A stretch of DNA of 35,940 nt from a virus. Its lineage: Duplodnaviria; Caudoviricetes. A model generated the notes under the pieces. It had not been told where the DNA came from. It did not search any database and saw nothing but the letters and a program-made list of their open reading frames with translations. Positions 8,901 to 20,600 of this stretch are shown here, piece after piece; position 1 is the stretch's first letter, and each line of letters begins with the position of its first letter. The DNA lies in IMG/VR virus record IMGVR_UViG_3300025853_000286, positions 1 through 35,940 of that record. One strand, given 5' to 3'. Both the position numbers and the translations under genes were made by a program.

Positions 8901-11900
8901 AACATATCCTTCAATAGTTTCTCCAACTGTGAAAATACCAGATATCATATTAATTTTCAAAAGTTTTGGAATGATATCAACAGAAGATGACCCGTCAAGT
9001 GATGATGTATATCTACTTAGTGGTACTAAATCAGAAGCAGAAAATTGTACATTTCTACTTCTCATCTTATTACTATTTTCAGAACTTAAATATAAGTTTG
9101 AAATATATGAATTATCCCATAAACTTTGCGATCTAATAATATTTCCTTTTTTATTATTAATTGTTTTTACCCATAAATCAGTTGATGGGAAAAGTGCAAC
9201 TTTTCCATTAAAATTAGATAATCCATGTGGATTTAAATTTTCTTCGGTAGTTGCAAATTCTTGAGAAATATCTTCCCATAACTTTTCACTATAATTTAAG
9301 GTTATTAAATCACCAGTTTTTTTGATATTTGGATCTAATAAATCTATATCAGTGGAATAATCTGCAGTCTCTAAATTAATACTATTACTTGGTAAAATTT
9401 GAGATTTTAAAGTATGGATAGAAAGATCTGTCGTTAACTCACCATTAGATCCATCGATAGATGCTCTTGTATCTTGATTTTTAAAATCAATTGAACTAGT
9501 ATCAACAAAACTATCCGCAAAAAATCCACATTTAAACTTTGAAAGACCTAATCCATCATCATCAATGACTTGTAGTGATTTTACGTCTAACTCTAATAAA
9601 CTTAAAGTTGCAAATTTTTCCAAATTTTCAATTCTCTCTTCAAGAGAACCAATATCTTTCATTGTATATCTTTTATTCTCTATTAAAGAAATTTTTATAT
9701 CATTAACATCATAAACATACGCAGGAATTTCTAAAGTTGCAATATTCATTGCATCACTTATTTCTGTAGGTGGTTGTGGATTAGGAGATCCAGATCCTAC
9801 TATCAATTGAAAATTACCACCTTTATTTAATACTAATCTGTCTATTCTTGGCACATAATATTGATAACTAACCACAGATGATTCGTTTGGTGCAACAACA
9901 ATCTGTGGATTTGCCAGTGATGTTGCAAAGTTTCTAGTATCGAAATTAAATGGTGATGTAATTGTAGAATTAAATGTTGAAACTCTCGGTCTGAAATCAA
10001 GAACATCAGATGCTCTTGAATTATTATTCAAAGATGGAACAGAATTTTTAAAGTTGGATGTATTATAGCTACTAGCAGTATAAAAATCACCAGAATCTGC
10101 TTCAGAAACGCTATATGCATTGTAAATAACAGTTAATTTTTTAGCTGGGACAACTGTTCCTGAAGATCGAACTATTTTTGAATAGTCGTAATATTGTGAT
10201 TTTTGTCCCTTATCTAATATAAAATCATCAGTTCTATCAATATAAGCACCTGGTGTCAATGAAGAAATGGGTGAACTAATATTTGATTCTGAGAAAGAGA
10301 CTACATCCGAAGGTGTAAATCTATTTGAATTTAGATAAACAAATGTAATGTCAGTTGTATTAATACTTACAATTTGTCCAACTGCTTCACTTATTGATCC
10401 AACAATTCTTTCACCAACAATTGCACCAGAAATAGAAGATGCTGAAAATGATAGTTTATCTAGAATTGCTTCAGAACTGTTAGTTGATTCATAAATTGCA
10501 ATTACTTCAGAAACATCTGGAACATTAAGAGAGATATCTTGATCTTCAACTCTAACTCCATAATATTTACTAGTTGATAAACCACTTATACCATCAGATA
10601 TTCCTAATGATGTTTTATCGATTACTATTTTTTCACTCTTTTTATAAATTTTAGATTTATTTCTAACTACAGTTTTCTTTAAAGTAACTACTACTGTTAC
10701 ATCATTTTCATCAGATTTTAATCCGTATAAAGTTAATTCTTGACCAGAATTTGTTATTTCTAATTTTCCTGCAGTTAAAGTCTCTATTGTTCCATCATTG
10801 TAGAAAAGAGAATATCTACCTACAGAATATGGCTCAAATGTAGCATCGGCAAGATTAAAATTATCTACAGTAAGTGCTAATGTTCCTGTAGATGAAGTAG
10901 TTTTTCCAGTAGCTTGCTTAACTATTGTTAAAGTAGATGAAGATAAATTTACCGAGGATACATTTTTATTTTTTAATGGTGAATATAGATTTGAATTTTC
11001 TTTATTTTGTATTGTTGATTCTCCAATAGTAAATAAAGTTTTTAAATTTTCAGATCCACTATGAAGTGATCCTAAACAAACATCATCAACATTTGGAACA
11101 GCACTAACGGTCATTTCTAACTTATCAGTTGAAATACTTTCAACTTTGTTGAAAAATTCTGTTGCAAAACCTACTTTTTGATAGCGAACTATTGACCCTA
11201 CCTTAATACCGTCAAAAAGTTTTCCTGGAGATGTAATTGTACTAATTCCAGAACTTTCTGGTGTTATAATAATTGAGTCCGAAACGTTAAAGTTGGGAGC
11301 TATATTCTTATTCAAGAAAACGTCTGCAGAAAAATCTGTACTTAGACCAGATAAAGACAACGATGAAGAATTTTGATATACTGATTTTATATCTTTACCA
11401 CTGTAAATTTTTACATCAGTTATACTTCTCTTTATATTTTTATTTTCATTAAATTCTAATTCTTCATTAACTAAAAATGTTCCTGAAGTTTGATAAACAT
11501 ATAATACATTTGTATTATATGGATTTTCTGAAATAAATCCAGAAGATCCACTACGCAATCCTCTAACACGTGATCCTTCAGAAACTTCTGATGGTAATTC
11601 TGTATTTAAAGTTAATTTTGTATATGTCTGGATATCGTAAAGATATAAATTCCATCTACTAGAATTATTTACATATGAACTATCCGATGCAGAAAATGAA
11701 TATACTCTCGCTTTACCAATTGTTGTACCAGTTCCTGCAGTATTGTTTGATTTTCTTGAATCGAAAAGATCTATTGTATAAGAGTTGTTTAGTCCTATAG
11801 CAGGACAACCAGAGACATTATTAGTAACAATAAGACTTCCCATTTCAAATTGAACTGGGGATAGAGATACAGTATTAGTAGATCTTGCTTTTCTAATGTC

Positions 11901-13016
11901 TAAAACATTTGTTGCAGATTTTTCAATTTCGTTACCAGAAACATAAGCTTTTCCAGAAGAAACTTTTACACACAATAAGTCTTCTCTAGGAATGTTATTT
12001 TGATCCGTTCTTTCACTTCTCTTATATAACCCACTTAAATCTGTTAAATTATTTAATGAATCTACAACATCTACTGAAAATGGACTTACTGTGAAATGTC
12101 CAGTCTGCTCAAATGTTCTTTTAGCTAGATAATCCTTAATTAAAGAATAATCTGATGTGTCTTTTACTTTTTTAACTACACCATTTGTTATCCTTAAAAT
12201 TTCAATAAAGTTTGTATCATTGAAATCTTGTAATCCTTGTTTGGATAATTTTGTTGTTAGATTAAACCTATCGGCACCTGGTGCTGAATAATTTGTAAAT
12301 CCTTTAGCATTATCATATAAACTATTATCATCAAAAGATGTTACAAAATTTTCAGTTATACTTAATCCAACTCTATATGATGGTGTATTAGTATACTGAT
12401 CTAAAATTATTGTATCTTGGGATACTTTAACGAATAATCCTCTTATAAAGTATATACCAGGAGATATTGAAACTGCTGATCCAATTTTTACCGAATTAGC
12501 ATCTATAAGAGATCCAATAGTATTTCCACCCGTAATAACTGTATTACCATATTGTATACTATCTACAATGGTTAATGTTTCACCATCTACAAAACTTGTA
12601 TTCTGAAAAGATGAATTTGAGTTTGTATATTTTACATATAAAGTAGTTACATTTTCTGTAGAATCTACTCTAGATAAAACATTTTGTACTACAGCAGTAA
12701 CTTGAGAAACATCTCCAATAATTTTTTTACCAATCAATTCTTTGTAATATAATTCAACATCTAATCCCAAATGAATTGGATTAATTTTTACTGCATAATA
12801 ATTTGGATCATAAGAAACTTCACCTGGTACAACAACCGATCCATCTTTAAATATACTCTTACCTAAAGAAGATACTTGCTCTTGAAGTATTGATTGTAGA
12901 GTAGTTAATTCTCTAGCTTGGACTGGATATCCTGGTTTAAATAATACTTTGTAATAATTTTTTTCAGCGTCAAAATCATCAAAATATGGTGAGACGTTTA
13001 AATTTGTTTTAGCCAT
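5919..13016 (-). CDS. Large virion structural protein, VrlC/DUF4815-like
   Basis: 2365 aa. N-terminal TNLNVSPYFDDF...YKVLFKPGYPVQARELTTLQSILQ, APGADR, LDFRPRV, RYTMKDIGSLEERIENLE, GFFADSF and QTFKV...GGFLTSLDLFF; C-terminal KDIRAVALA. Confidence 0.85.
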   Translation of the reverse strand: MAKTNLNVSPYFDDFDAEKNYYKVLFKPGYPVQARELTTLQSILQEQVSSLGKSIFKDGSVVVPGEVSYDPNYYAVKINPIHLGLDVELYYKELIGKKIIGDVSQVTAVVQNVLSRVDSTENVTTLYVKYTNSNSSFQNTSFVDGETLTIVDSIQYGNTVITGGNTIGSLIDANSVKIGSAVSISPGIYFIRGLFVKVSQDTIILDQYTNTPSYRVGLSITENFVTSFDDNSLYDNAKGFTNYSAPGADRFNLTTKLSKQGLQDFNDTNFIEILRITNGVVKKVKDTSDYSLIKDYLAKRTFEQTGHFTVSPFSVDVVDSLNNLTDLSGLYKRSERTDQNNIPREDLLCVKVSSGKAYVSGNEIEKSATNVLDIRKARSTNTVSLSPVQFEMGSLIVTNNVSGCPAIGLNNSYTIDLFDSRKSNNTAGTGTTIGKARVYSFSASDSSYVNNSSRWNLYLYDIQTYTKLTLNTELPSEVSEGSRVRGLRSGSSGFISENPYNTNVLYVYQTSGTFLVNEELEFNENKNIKRSITDVKIYSGKDIKSVYQNSSSLSLSGLSTDFSADVFLNKNIAPNFNVSDSIIITPESSGISTITSPGKLFDGIKVGSIVRYQKVGFATEFFNKVESISTDKLEMTVSAVPNVDDVCLGSLHSGSENLKTLFTIGESTIQNKENSNLYSPLKNKNVSSVNLSSSTLTIVKQATGKTTSSTGTLALTVDNFNLADATFEPYSVGRYSLFYNDGTIETLTAGKLEITNSGQELTLYGLKSDENDVTVVVTLKKTVVRNKSKIYKKSEKIVIDKTSLGISDGISGLSTSKYYGVRVEDQDISLNVPDVSEVIAIYESTNSSEAILDKLSFSASSISGAIVGERIVGSISEAVGQIVSINTTDITFVYLNSNRFTPSDVVSFSESNISSPISSLTPGAYIDRTDDFILDKGQKSQYYDYSKIVRSSGTVVPAKKLTVIYNAYSVSEADSGDFYTASSYNTSNFKNSVPSLNNNSRASDVLDFRPRVSTFNSTITSPFNFDTRNFATSLANPQIVVAPNESSVVSYQYYVPRIDRLVLNKGGNFQLIVGSGSPNPQPPTEISDAMNIATLEIPAYVYDVNDIKISLIENKRYTMKDIGSLEERIENLEKFATLSLLELDVKSLQVIDDDGLGLSKFKCGFFADSFVDTSSIDFKNQDTRASIDGSNGELTTDLSIHTLKSQILPSNSINLETADYSTDIDLLDPNIKKTGDLITLNYSEKLWEDISQEFATTEENLNPHGLSNFNGKVALFPSTDLWVKTINNKKGNIIRSQSLWDNSYISNLYLSSENSNKMRSRNVQFSASDLVPLSRYTSSLDGSSSVDIIPKLLKINMISGIFTVGETIEGYVGDKKVFSSRICEPNHKNGLFSAPSETYAVNPYQSTEILTDYAQSTSVLNIDTYSLADNADGRFYGYVFEGMRIIGKTSGAQCDVTSQDLITDNVGDLIGCFYVRNPFTTLTPSTLFNVSDKTFRLQTDSTSTQTSSISLRSYFCESSLYLSDNPKSSNISLLRRPVSTRSVLETGKSYLSQTFKVDNEGGFLTSLDLFFSKKDDTEKVTVEIREVDLGGRPTAKILQDFSVAQILPANITTSTDGSVATNVKFRSPVYLEPNKQYSLTLFSASSSSYSVWTATSNESTVATQNFPNSQQIIYSNQFVGGNLYKPQNGAIATASLLQDLKFRLYKAQFVESGTAFFANPLLSNSNSNEEYDANIDNLVSNPITSFPKKQVIGITTSYLDSEFYHYGRKVIFGSVSNDVHGFIEQSGGKISGITTNSVGAGYSNGTYSNAELYTINGFGPEVNNVTANLTFANNQLSSVTIIDGGSGYSVGDLLGIKTTTNPSGSGAIVGVSSINGVDTLLLTNINANNSILLGYGLSVLDDADNVVSLAGTSVIKDPRNLSDLYSGNVFKVDNYSHGMHSTNNYVKISGVFPDTVPSQLTANITADSTVVSIADTSQFVVYDNVAVAGVQTGYMLINNEIISYNQVNSGSLQINQRGVHGSTIRNHGVNDMVYKYECAGVGLTRINTKHQKSSSQYLNSLETTDSFFIEYPRADRTVSNFVEGKTFGGSNCKSTQNYQFNSIIPSFNFLTPPKTSINSSIRTITGTSSNGTETSFNDKGLEPIALNAKNDFDSTRLVASRMNELEYLQQMPRYKSLILSISMTSKNNNVSPVIDLANGASFSLIRNRLNSPISDYASDNRSNELSNDPHASVYISNQINLLKPATSLKVLTNCYNSPNSDFRVLFKLIRPDSNGVEQSYELFPGYSNLKDVNGDGVGDIVIDTLLNDGSSDFFVGSSAEGEYSEYEFTANNLGEFVGFSIKIVMSGFNEATPLKFKDIRAVALA

Positions 13017-13025
13017 TTTGATTTT

Positions 13026-14594
13026 TTAGAATTCCAGTACGATTTTAATATCTTCTTTTTGTTTGGGATTTCTATTTACAATAGGTCTATTGTCAATGTA
13101 AACAATATCTCCCGTCCTTTTATTTATCTCTGGTAAAGATATTCCATTTGAAAATGAAGAATCCAAATCAACTGTTTTTGAACTAGAAACTTCAAATGTT
13201 GATTGGTTAAATGAAGGATCAATTCCAGCACTAAAACCTGAAGATGTTGTAATTAATCCACCTTCGGTCGAAAAACCTACTGGTTTTCCACTTGTGAATA
13301 CATCTCTAGAGTCTTTTTGGTCATATGTTAAACTATTATAATATAATGATCGATCAGTAAAATATTTTAGCACTTTAGTTTCACCATCATATGATGCAAT
13401 ATATCCAACTGCAGTTCCAACACCAGTAATTGATTGATAAATTTTAGTCCCTGGAGTTGCTAACTCTGATTGTGATATTGTACTATCAATTAACTTTAAA
13501 GAACCTAAATTTGAAAATGTACTATCAGTATATTGTGTACTATCAGATCCATATATTGTTGGATTTTTTAAAATACCAATTTGAGAAAATTTTACATCAG
13601 ATGGAAAATCTTTTGTAGAATCATCAAATCTAGCATATACTAAAACTCTCTCACACCCAAGTTCTGTATAGATGTCATATCCATGCCCAAGTGATGGTGG
13701 AATTATTGGGATTAAATGAGCAAAAGATGTTGCTCCTTGATTGATTGGTGAAAGATCTACTCTACCATAAGTATAATCTTTACCCCCATTTGAAACGATC
13801 ACATCATTTATCTTTCCACCAACAACATCCACAAGAACTTTAGCACCACTACCATCACCAACTATATTTAAAGCTTCAGATGTTTGTGTATATCCAGTTC
13901 CAGAAGCTTCTATGAAGACTTTTTTAATCTGGTTTTCATTTATAGATGAATCAGCACTTTTTCTTATGGCTTTAATATCTGGATTATTAGTTGTTTCCCA
14001 ATCTGCAGGAACAGGAACATATTCGATAGAATCAAATTTTACAATATCACTAGGTGAAACTGTAAACATATATTTCCAAATATAACCATCACCACTTTCA
14101 CCCGCTCTTGATGGTTCTAAATCAACAAATGTTGGTTCATCTTGTGATGGATTACCTAATCTATTAGTATCTCTAGATCCATTATCAATACACAGATATA
14201 CTCTAAAATCTTTATTAATTACATAATAATTTGCATCATATAATCTATTAGAATTAGTTTTTTGGGATTGATTGGATACTGAATAATCATGACGATACAT
14301 TTCATATATTGTATTCTTAGTCCATTCAACTTTACGGATCAATCTTCTAACATTATCTGAAGTAATTTTTTTACCAAAAATTACAGTATCTTTAACATGA
14401 TTTACGTAACTAAGACTATCTTCTGGAGAAGGAATATTTGTATTCCAGTCAGTTGTTCTACCGTATCCAACATTAGATGGTGTAGGATTTGCTAATCCTA
14501 AAAATATGTAATAAGAATTATTAGGGTCCTTTACAGAATCCACAAAGTTTTTAGCATTTAAAACCCTAAATTGGTCAGTGACGATAGCAGCCAT
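13026..14594 (-). CDS. gp8: Baseplate wedge subunit (T4 gp8-like)
   Basis: Motifs MAAIVTDQFRVLNA, YEMYRHDY, FRVYLCIDNG, GDGYIWKYMFT, GHGYD and GDIVYIDNR...QKEDIKIVLEF; position after gp7. Confidence 0.9.
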   Translation of the reverse strand: MAAIVTDQFRVLNAKNFVDSVKDPNNSYYIFLGLANPTPSNVGYGRTTDWNTNIPSPEDSLSYVNHVKDTVIFGKKITSDNVRRLIRKVEWTKNTIYEMYRHDYSVSNQSQKTNSNRLYDANYYVINKDFRVYLCIDNGSRDTNRLGNPSQDEPTFVDLEPSRAGESGDGYIWKYMFTVSPSDIVKFDSIEYVPVPADWETTNNPDIKAIRKSADSSINENQIKKVFIEASGTGYTQTSEALNIVGDGSGAKVLVDVVGGKINDVIVSNGGKDYTYGRVDLSPINQGATSFAHLIPIIPPSLGHGYDIYTELGCERVLVYARFDDSTKDFPSDVKFSQIGILKNPTIYGSDSTQYTDSTFSNLGSLKLIDSTISQSELATPGTKIYQSITGVGTAVGYIASYDGETKVLKYFTDRSLYYNSLTYDQKDSRDVFTSGKPVGFSTEGGLITTSSGFSAGIDPSFNQSTFEVSSSKTVDLDSSFSNGISLPEINKRTGDIVYIDNRPIVNRNPKQKEDIKIVLEF

Positions 14595-14630
14595 TTATTT
14601 TTATTATTTGCTAATACAACTATTTAACAT

Positions 14631-14638
14631 TATTTATA
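14631..14638 (-). promoter_or_regulatory. T4-type late promoter TATAAATA
   Basis: Exact consensus in the gp7-gp8 gap, with a second TTAAATA at 14621-14627. Confidence 0.8.
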
Positions 14639-14643
14639 TCTAA

Positions 14644-17600
14644 TTAGGATACAAATATCTTTTCAATTGCACCAGTATTTCTTAAACCAGTGGATCTTCT
14701 ATGTATTGATGGGAATGATGATAATCCAGGTGATACATTATAATCACTCAAATCAATAGAAATTGGTGAAGTTTGAGATCTAGTTATTCCAGATAATCTT
14801 CCCCAACTAAATTTACCAACTACATCACCAAAAGTGCTAATTCCAGCAGGATCAATTGTATCTTCGTGAATATTTGAAACAAGTTCAGCTCTTAAACTCA
14901 GATCAACTATATTATGAATTTCATATATATTGTCACAATAGGTAGTTCCAGTAGAAACATTTAAAGTACCATTTTGATCAACTGACGTTACACCAGATCC
15001 AACTGATGTTTCGGAGACATAAATTGGATATAAAGTTGATAAATCTGTGAAAGATATATTTTGGTCATACTCAACAAAGAATTTAATTGCCATTCCATGC
15101 CCATTAACTCCATTTGTCGTTGTAATTCCTGTAATAATTCCAGAAAAACCTTGAACTAAAGATATATTTTGAATATTCTCAGTTAAAATATTTTCAGTTG
15201 GAGCAATAACTTCTGGAATATTGGTGCTGGTGTATCCAGCGCCAGCATTTGTAATATCAAAGGGACTTGTAATTGTTCCCGCTGCAGAAACTGTTCCATA
15301 AACTTCAGGTAAAGTTCCACCATGTGGTGGATTTCTAAATTTCAATTTAACACTATTTGCAACACCAACATATCCAGATCCACCATCAGAAACGAGAATG
15401 TTAGTTATTTCACCATCACTAGAAACAACAGCAGTCATAGCTGCAGATACTATTTCTTTATTTGAAACAATTATGGAATTAAATTGTGCAATATCTTGAC
15501 CAAAATCATTTTCTTCATAATTGAAAAACTGTGCTTCGTCTAAGAAAATTTGATTATCTGATGCCGAAACAGATTTTATAATATTTCCAACAGGAATAAT
15601 CTTACTTTCTAAACTATCTCTATCTTTTGTCCTTACAATCTGTCCTACAACAGAGTCAGTCTTTTGGGGTAATAAATCAATTGGTTTTGGAGTCACTTGA
15701 TTTATTCCTTGTCCAAAATAAATACCTGTTTCAAAAGTGTCTGATGAAACAATGAATGACATTACTCTAGGATCTTGAGAACGTGTAGATCTTACTGATG
15801 GATTTTGTTGTATTTGAACACCATCACCAGGTTTTAAATATGGGTAAACAATTTGTTCTACACTATCAACACCAGCAGTTCCCCTATAGAAGAAAATGTC
15901 AATTTTATCTTCTTTTTTGGGTGCTGCTTTAAATACAAAAGTAGTACCTCCTTCATATGTGTAAGAAACTCCAGGTTCTTGCATAACTCCATTAACAAAG
16001 ATAAGTAAAATAGTTGAGAAATCGATAATATCTGCTGCATTGTCAGTTTGACTCCTCTCAAAACTTAATAATACATTATTTTTTGATACTGGAAATCTAG
16101 TTCTTACACTATTTTGCAATGATGCTATTGAATCAATAATATCAAATTCACCGACTTGCCAAGAAGCAAAAGTATCAAATTTAACATCAGTAACAGTAAA
16201 TACTAATTCTTCTAAAGGAGTTAATAATCCACGAGCTGTTGTTAAACCAGCAAGTGTAAACTTATCACCTCTTTCAAAGGAATAACCGTTAGTTGTTATT
16301 TTATAGTCATCTATGAATGAATATGTAGATCCGATACCAACACTCAAAGATGGTGAAACATCAACTGTTACCGAAAGACCAATTCCAAGTTGTTCCTGGA
16401 ATCCTCCAACAGATGGGCGGAAAATTCCTATGTGCTTTAAATTATCATATGATGGATCTGTAAGTGCAGCTTGTGGATTGGTATATCCACTTCCACCACT
16501 AATAACTTCAAATGATTCTATCTGACCACCAGAACAACCAAGTAAAATAGCACCTTCTGTTGCTCTCACAAAACTGTGTGTTGACTGTGGGAGATGTTTT
16601 ACCGCATTAGTATTTTCTACACCTGGTACAAATGTATGTAAAGATTGTGGTTCATGTTTGACACTATCTGTAAGTGGTGTACCAGTTAATGTTAATGTTT
16701 CTGATGGTAAATCTGAAGCATTTATGACTATAGTATTACCTTGGAATCTTAAAGCATTTGTGGATGCACTAACAAATGTGTGATCTGATGTATCTGATGA
16801 AGGTCCAATGTCAACTGTAAAATGATTTGCATCAACTACTGTTACTATTAACCACCTATTACTTGGATAATCATAACCAGCGCGTGGATATGATTTTTGA
16901 ACAGTGTTATCATCAAGATCACAAGTATAAGTTAAAGAACCATCTTCAACCATAATATAATTACCACTTTCTAGTCCATGTCCATTTACCTCAAACGTTA
17001 CAATTCCAGTAGATGCATTATATGGAGCGTCTGTTGGTGTATGGGATGTGTATGGTACATCAACTATTGTTATTGATTGACCAGACTGAGATCCATTATT
17101 TGGATCTGGGTAATTGATTATATCATTATTTGCCTTTTGGAAGGCAAGCGCATTATCAGATAAAACAACATTTCTTTGTTCTCCCAATCCGTGTGATCCA
17201 ATAGTTAATGTTAAATTTTGACTTGAAGAATCATATGTTGCTGCAGAAGGCGTGAAATAAACATTTTCACGAGAAATTCCAGCATAAATTGTAATTGAGT
17301 TAGAAGTAACACTTTTAATAGGAATTGATCTTCCAGCATATGGGTCGATTCCAGGACGAGGATATGTTTTTTCAGATTGATTGTTATCCATCGTACATGT
17401 AAATGTCAATGAATTATCATCAATGGTTATTCCCTCTCCAGGAGATAATGTGTGAGATCCAATAGTTAATATCAAATCTCCAGTTGCTGGATTATATACT
17501 GCATTTGTTGGTGTAAATTGTTGATTTGGTCCAGAAGCTCCAACATTTACTGTAAATTGTTCTGGACCATCGACTGTTACTGGTAGTCTTCTTCCACTGG

Positions 17601-20600
17601 AATAATGATGAGATTGTGGATTAACATGTTCAGTTTTGTAATTATCCATTGCACATGTAAATACAATAGATTGATCCATAATTCTAATTTCATCACCATT
17701 GGATAAGTTATGAGCACCACCAAAAGTAAATTGAGAATCTCCAGTTGCTGGATCATAAGTTACATTTGTTGGAGTTAAAGAACTTGATGCTGTAGAAACA
17801 ATTGCTTTAACTACAGCTGGAGTTCCTGTATGATTATCTTCATAAATTGCAACAATTTGATCAGAATTGTAACCAGATCCTTTAAATTCTTCACCAAAAT
17901 CAACACCAAATGAAGTTGTTAATGATGATGTATTTGTAGTTGCCTTAGATAGTGTGATAGAATTTGTTCCTATTGATTGAATTAAAGTATCAAATTGAAG
18001 AATGCTATCTTCATTAGGTACTTTAAGATTAACATGTTGCGGAACAAAATCTATTTCATCAACATATTCATTCAAAATATTCATTATTTTTTGACCGATT
18101 TTCATACTAGTTGTATCAATACCAGTAATAGACGTTGTATTTGCAGCAATAACACCAGTTACTGCTAAACCAACTATAATTGATGTTGTAAATCCAACAT
18201 TAGTAATTACTCCAGCATCAACTGTCACATCGATCATATCACCAGGAAGACCAACAAGTGGTGCATATCCTGTACCACCAGTAAATCCCATAGAAACAAT
18301 TATGCCACCACGTGGTAAATCATTTTGATTAATATCATATTCTGTAGTAAATGAATACTCAGACCCTTCAATTTCAACACCCTTAAATCTAACGCTAGAT
18401 ATACCATCATTAGTTAAGATTTCATAATTTTCACTAGTAGATGAATCATTGTCTGGATTTTGGAATATGTTGTTGATTGTCAGAATATTATTTCCTGGAA
18501 CAGCATCCGAAACAACTTCTCCATTTTGATATAATGTAAATACTTGTTCGATTCCATTAAATCCAGGTGAAATATCATCATATATTTTATTTGAACTATA
18601 GTCTTGTTTTAAATAAACTCTACCATTAAATGTTGATTTTGGAAGAGGTAATAAAGTTTCTCCAAATTCTGCATTGTTTCCTTTTCCATCTGGAGCTTCT
18701 GAGAAGAATATTTCATTTCCAACAACATTGTAAGATCCTTTATATACTCTTACACTATCATTAACGGCATGTTCTGCTGCTACAGATCCCATTCTTCCAC
18801 GTTCTATATTACATAAATTAAATGATCCAGTACCAGAAATTGGTCCATCAGTTGTAGATCCAATTCCAACACTGTTAATTGTCACATATTCATCATTGAT
18901 TTTTAATATATCTTCTGGTGATATTGAAGAGATACCAGATAATGCAATAAAAGATGCACCTATAGAAACATTTTGATCAATAGTTTTTTGTATAGGAGTA
19001 AATGCAAGTGGTGCTTGTAAAACGCCATTAATAGTCAAAACAGTTTTTTCATTCTTTTTCTTCATTTCAAAAACGTGTGTATTTCCACTACCTGTTCCAG
19101 TAAATGTAAATCCAATACCACTGTTTTTCATTCCAGTAATCTTAAACTGATCTTCATTAATCTTTATTGCAAATACTTTGGATGGGCAAATGTTTGTTTC
19201 AATTCCAACTTGATAAGACTCTCTAAACGTAGTTCCAGTAGAAACTTTGGAAATTTCAACCGAATTGCTCAAGTCATCCGAATAATAAACAACATCAGTT
19301 CCAGAAGGTAAAGTATTTGATGATGTTATTGATAAAGAATTGATTCCAATAGTATTAATAGTTCCACGTGAAATATTATCTAAAGTAAATACTTCAGATC
19401 CAGTAGTTAAAATGCTGGTATTCGCTATACCAAGTATGTGATTGTTTACACCATCACTAGTTCCAACAAAATAACTATAAGTTTTACCTATTGATGTTAT
19501 AGATGTTCCAGAAGGAATATTTAAACCAAGAAGAGAAGTATCAGAACCACTAATAATTCCTTCAGTATTGCCAATACCAGTTACAGTTGAAAAACCACTA
19601 ATAATATCTGCAGTAAATATTGCTCCACCAACAATAGTACTTCCGATTGATATTGCAGTTGCAGCAACCCCTGTTAAAGTTGATCCTGGTGTGTATATCA
19701 ATTCTTCACCATCTTCAAAGAAGTGGCGTTGTATATTAATAATTCCAGTTTCATTCTGCAAAATACCAGATTTTTTGGGATTGATAGTTTTTGCAAATAT
19801 TGGTGTTCTATTCCAATTCATATCAAAATTTAATCTATCTTTTCCAAACACGTTAATAGAACCATATTTTGCTACAGAAACATCATGTTTGCTTGCACCA
19901 ACCTCTAAAGTATTTGGTACATTAAATTCATCATTTTCTGCATAAAGAATTTGATCAACAGATTGAATCAATAATGATTCGTTAATAAAATCGGGATCGG
20001 GGTAAAAATACAAATTAATATCAGTTCCACTATTTAAAGCACCAAATGTACCAATACCATTTGATCCAGTTGCAACAAACGGACTTGCAACTAATGATGT
20101 ATTTGTTTGATCCCCAATCAATGAAACTTCATATAAAGATATTGTTTCACCTATACCAGAATTTGCTGTAGTCGAAATTCTAATTAGTGATTTTAATGCA
20201 GAATCAACAGAAGAATCTAAAGTTTTTATTATTGTATTACCAGTAATAGTATCAAATTTACTTTCTATTCTAGAAGACTTTTCAGTTTCTGGAATTTGAT
20301 CATCAGATAAGAATCTATAAGTTCCTATTCCAAGGCTAACATCTCCGATAGCAACAGTCTTACTCTTTATTGTAATATTATTACCAGAAGTGTTTGTAAA
20401 ATTGAGGAAAATATTACCAGAGTCTACCTCTAAATCAAAAGTTCCCAAAAATCCAGATGATAATCCACTCAATTGAGCTTTTGAATCAAAGTAATACTCA
20501 GAAACTTGGGGAGTATTAACACCATCATAAATTCCAAAAACTTCATAATAGTTAAAACTGTAATCATCCGTGTTTATGATTAAGTTAGACGATCTTATTG

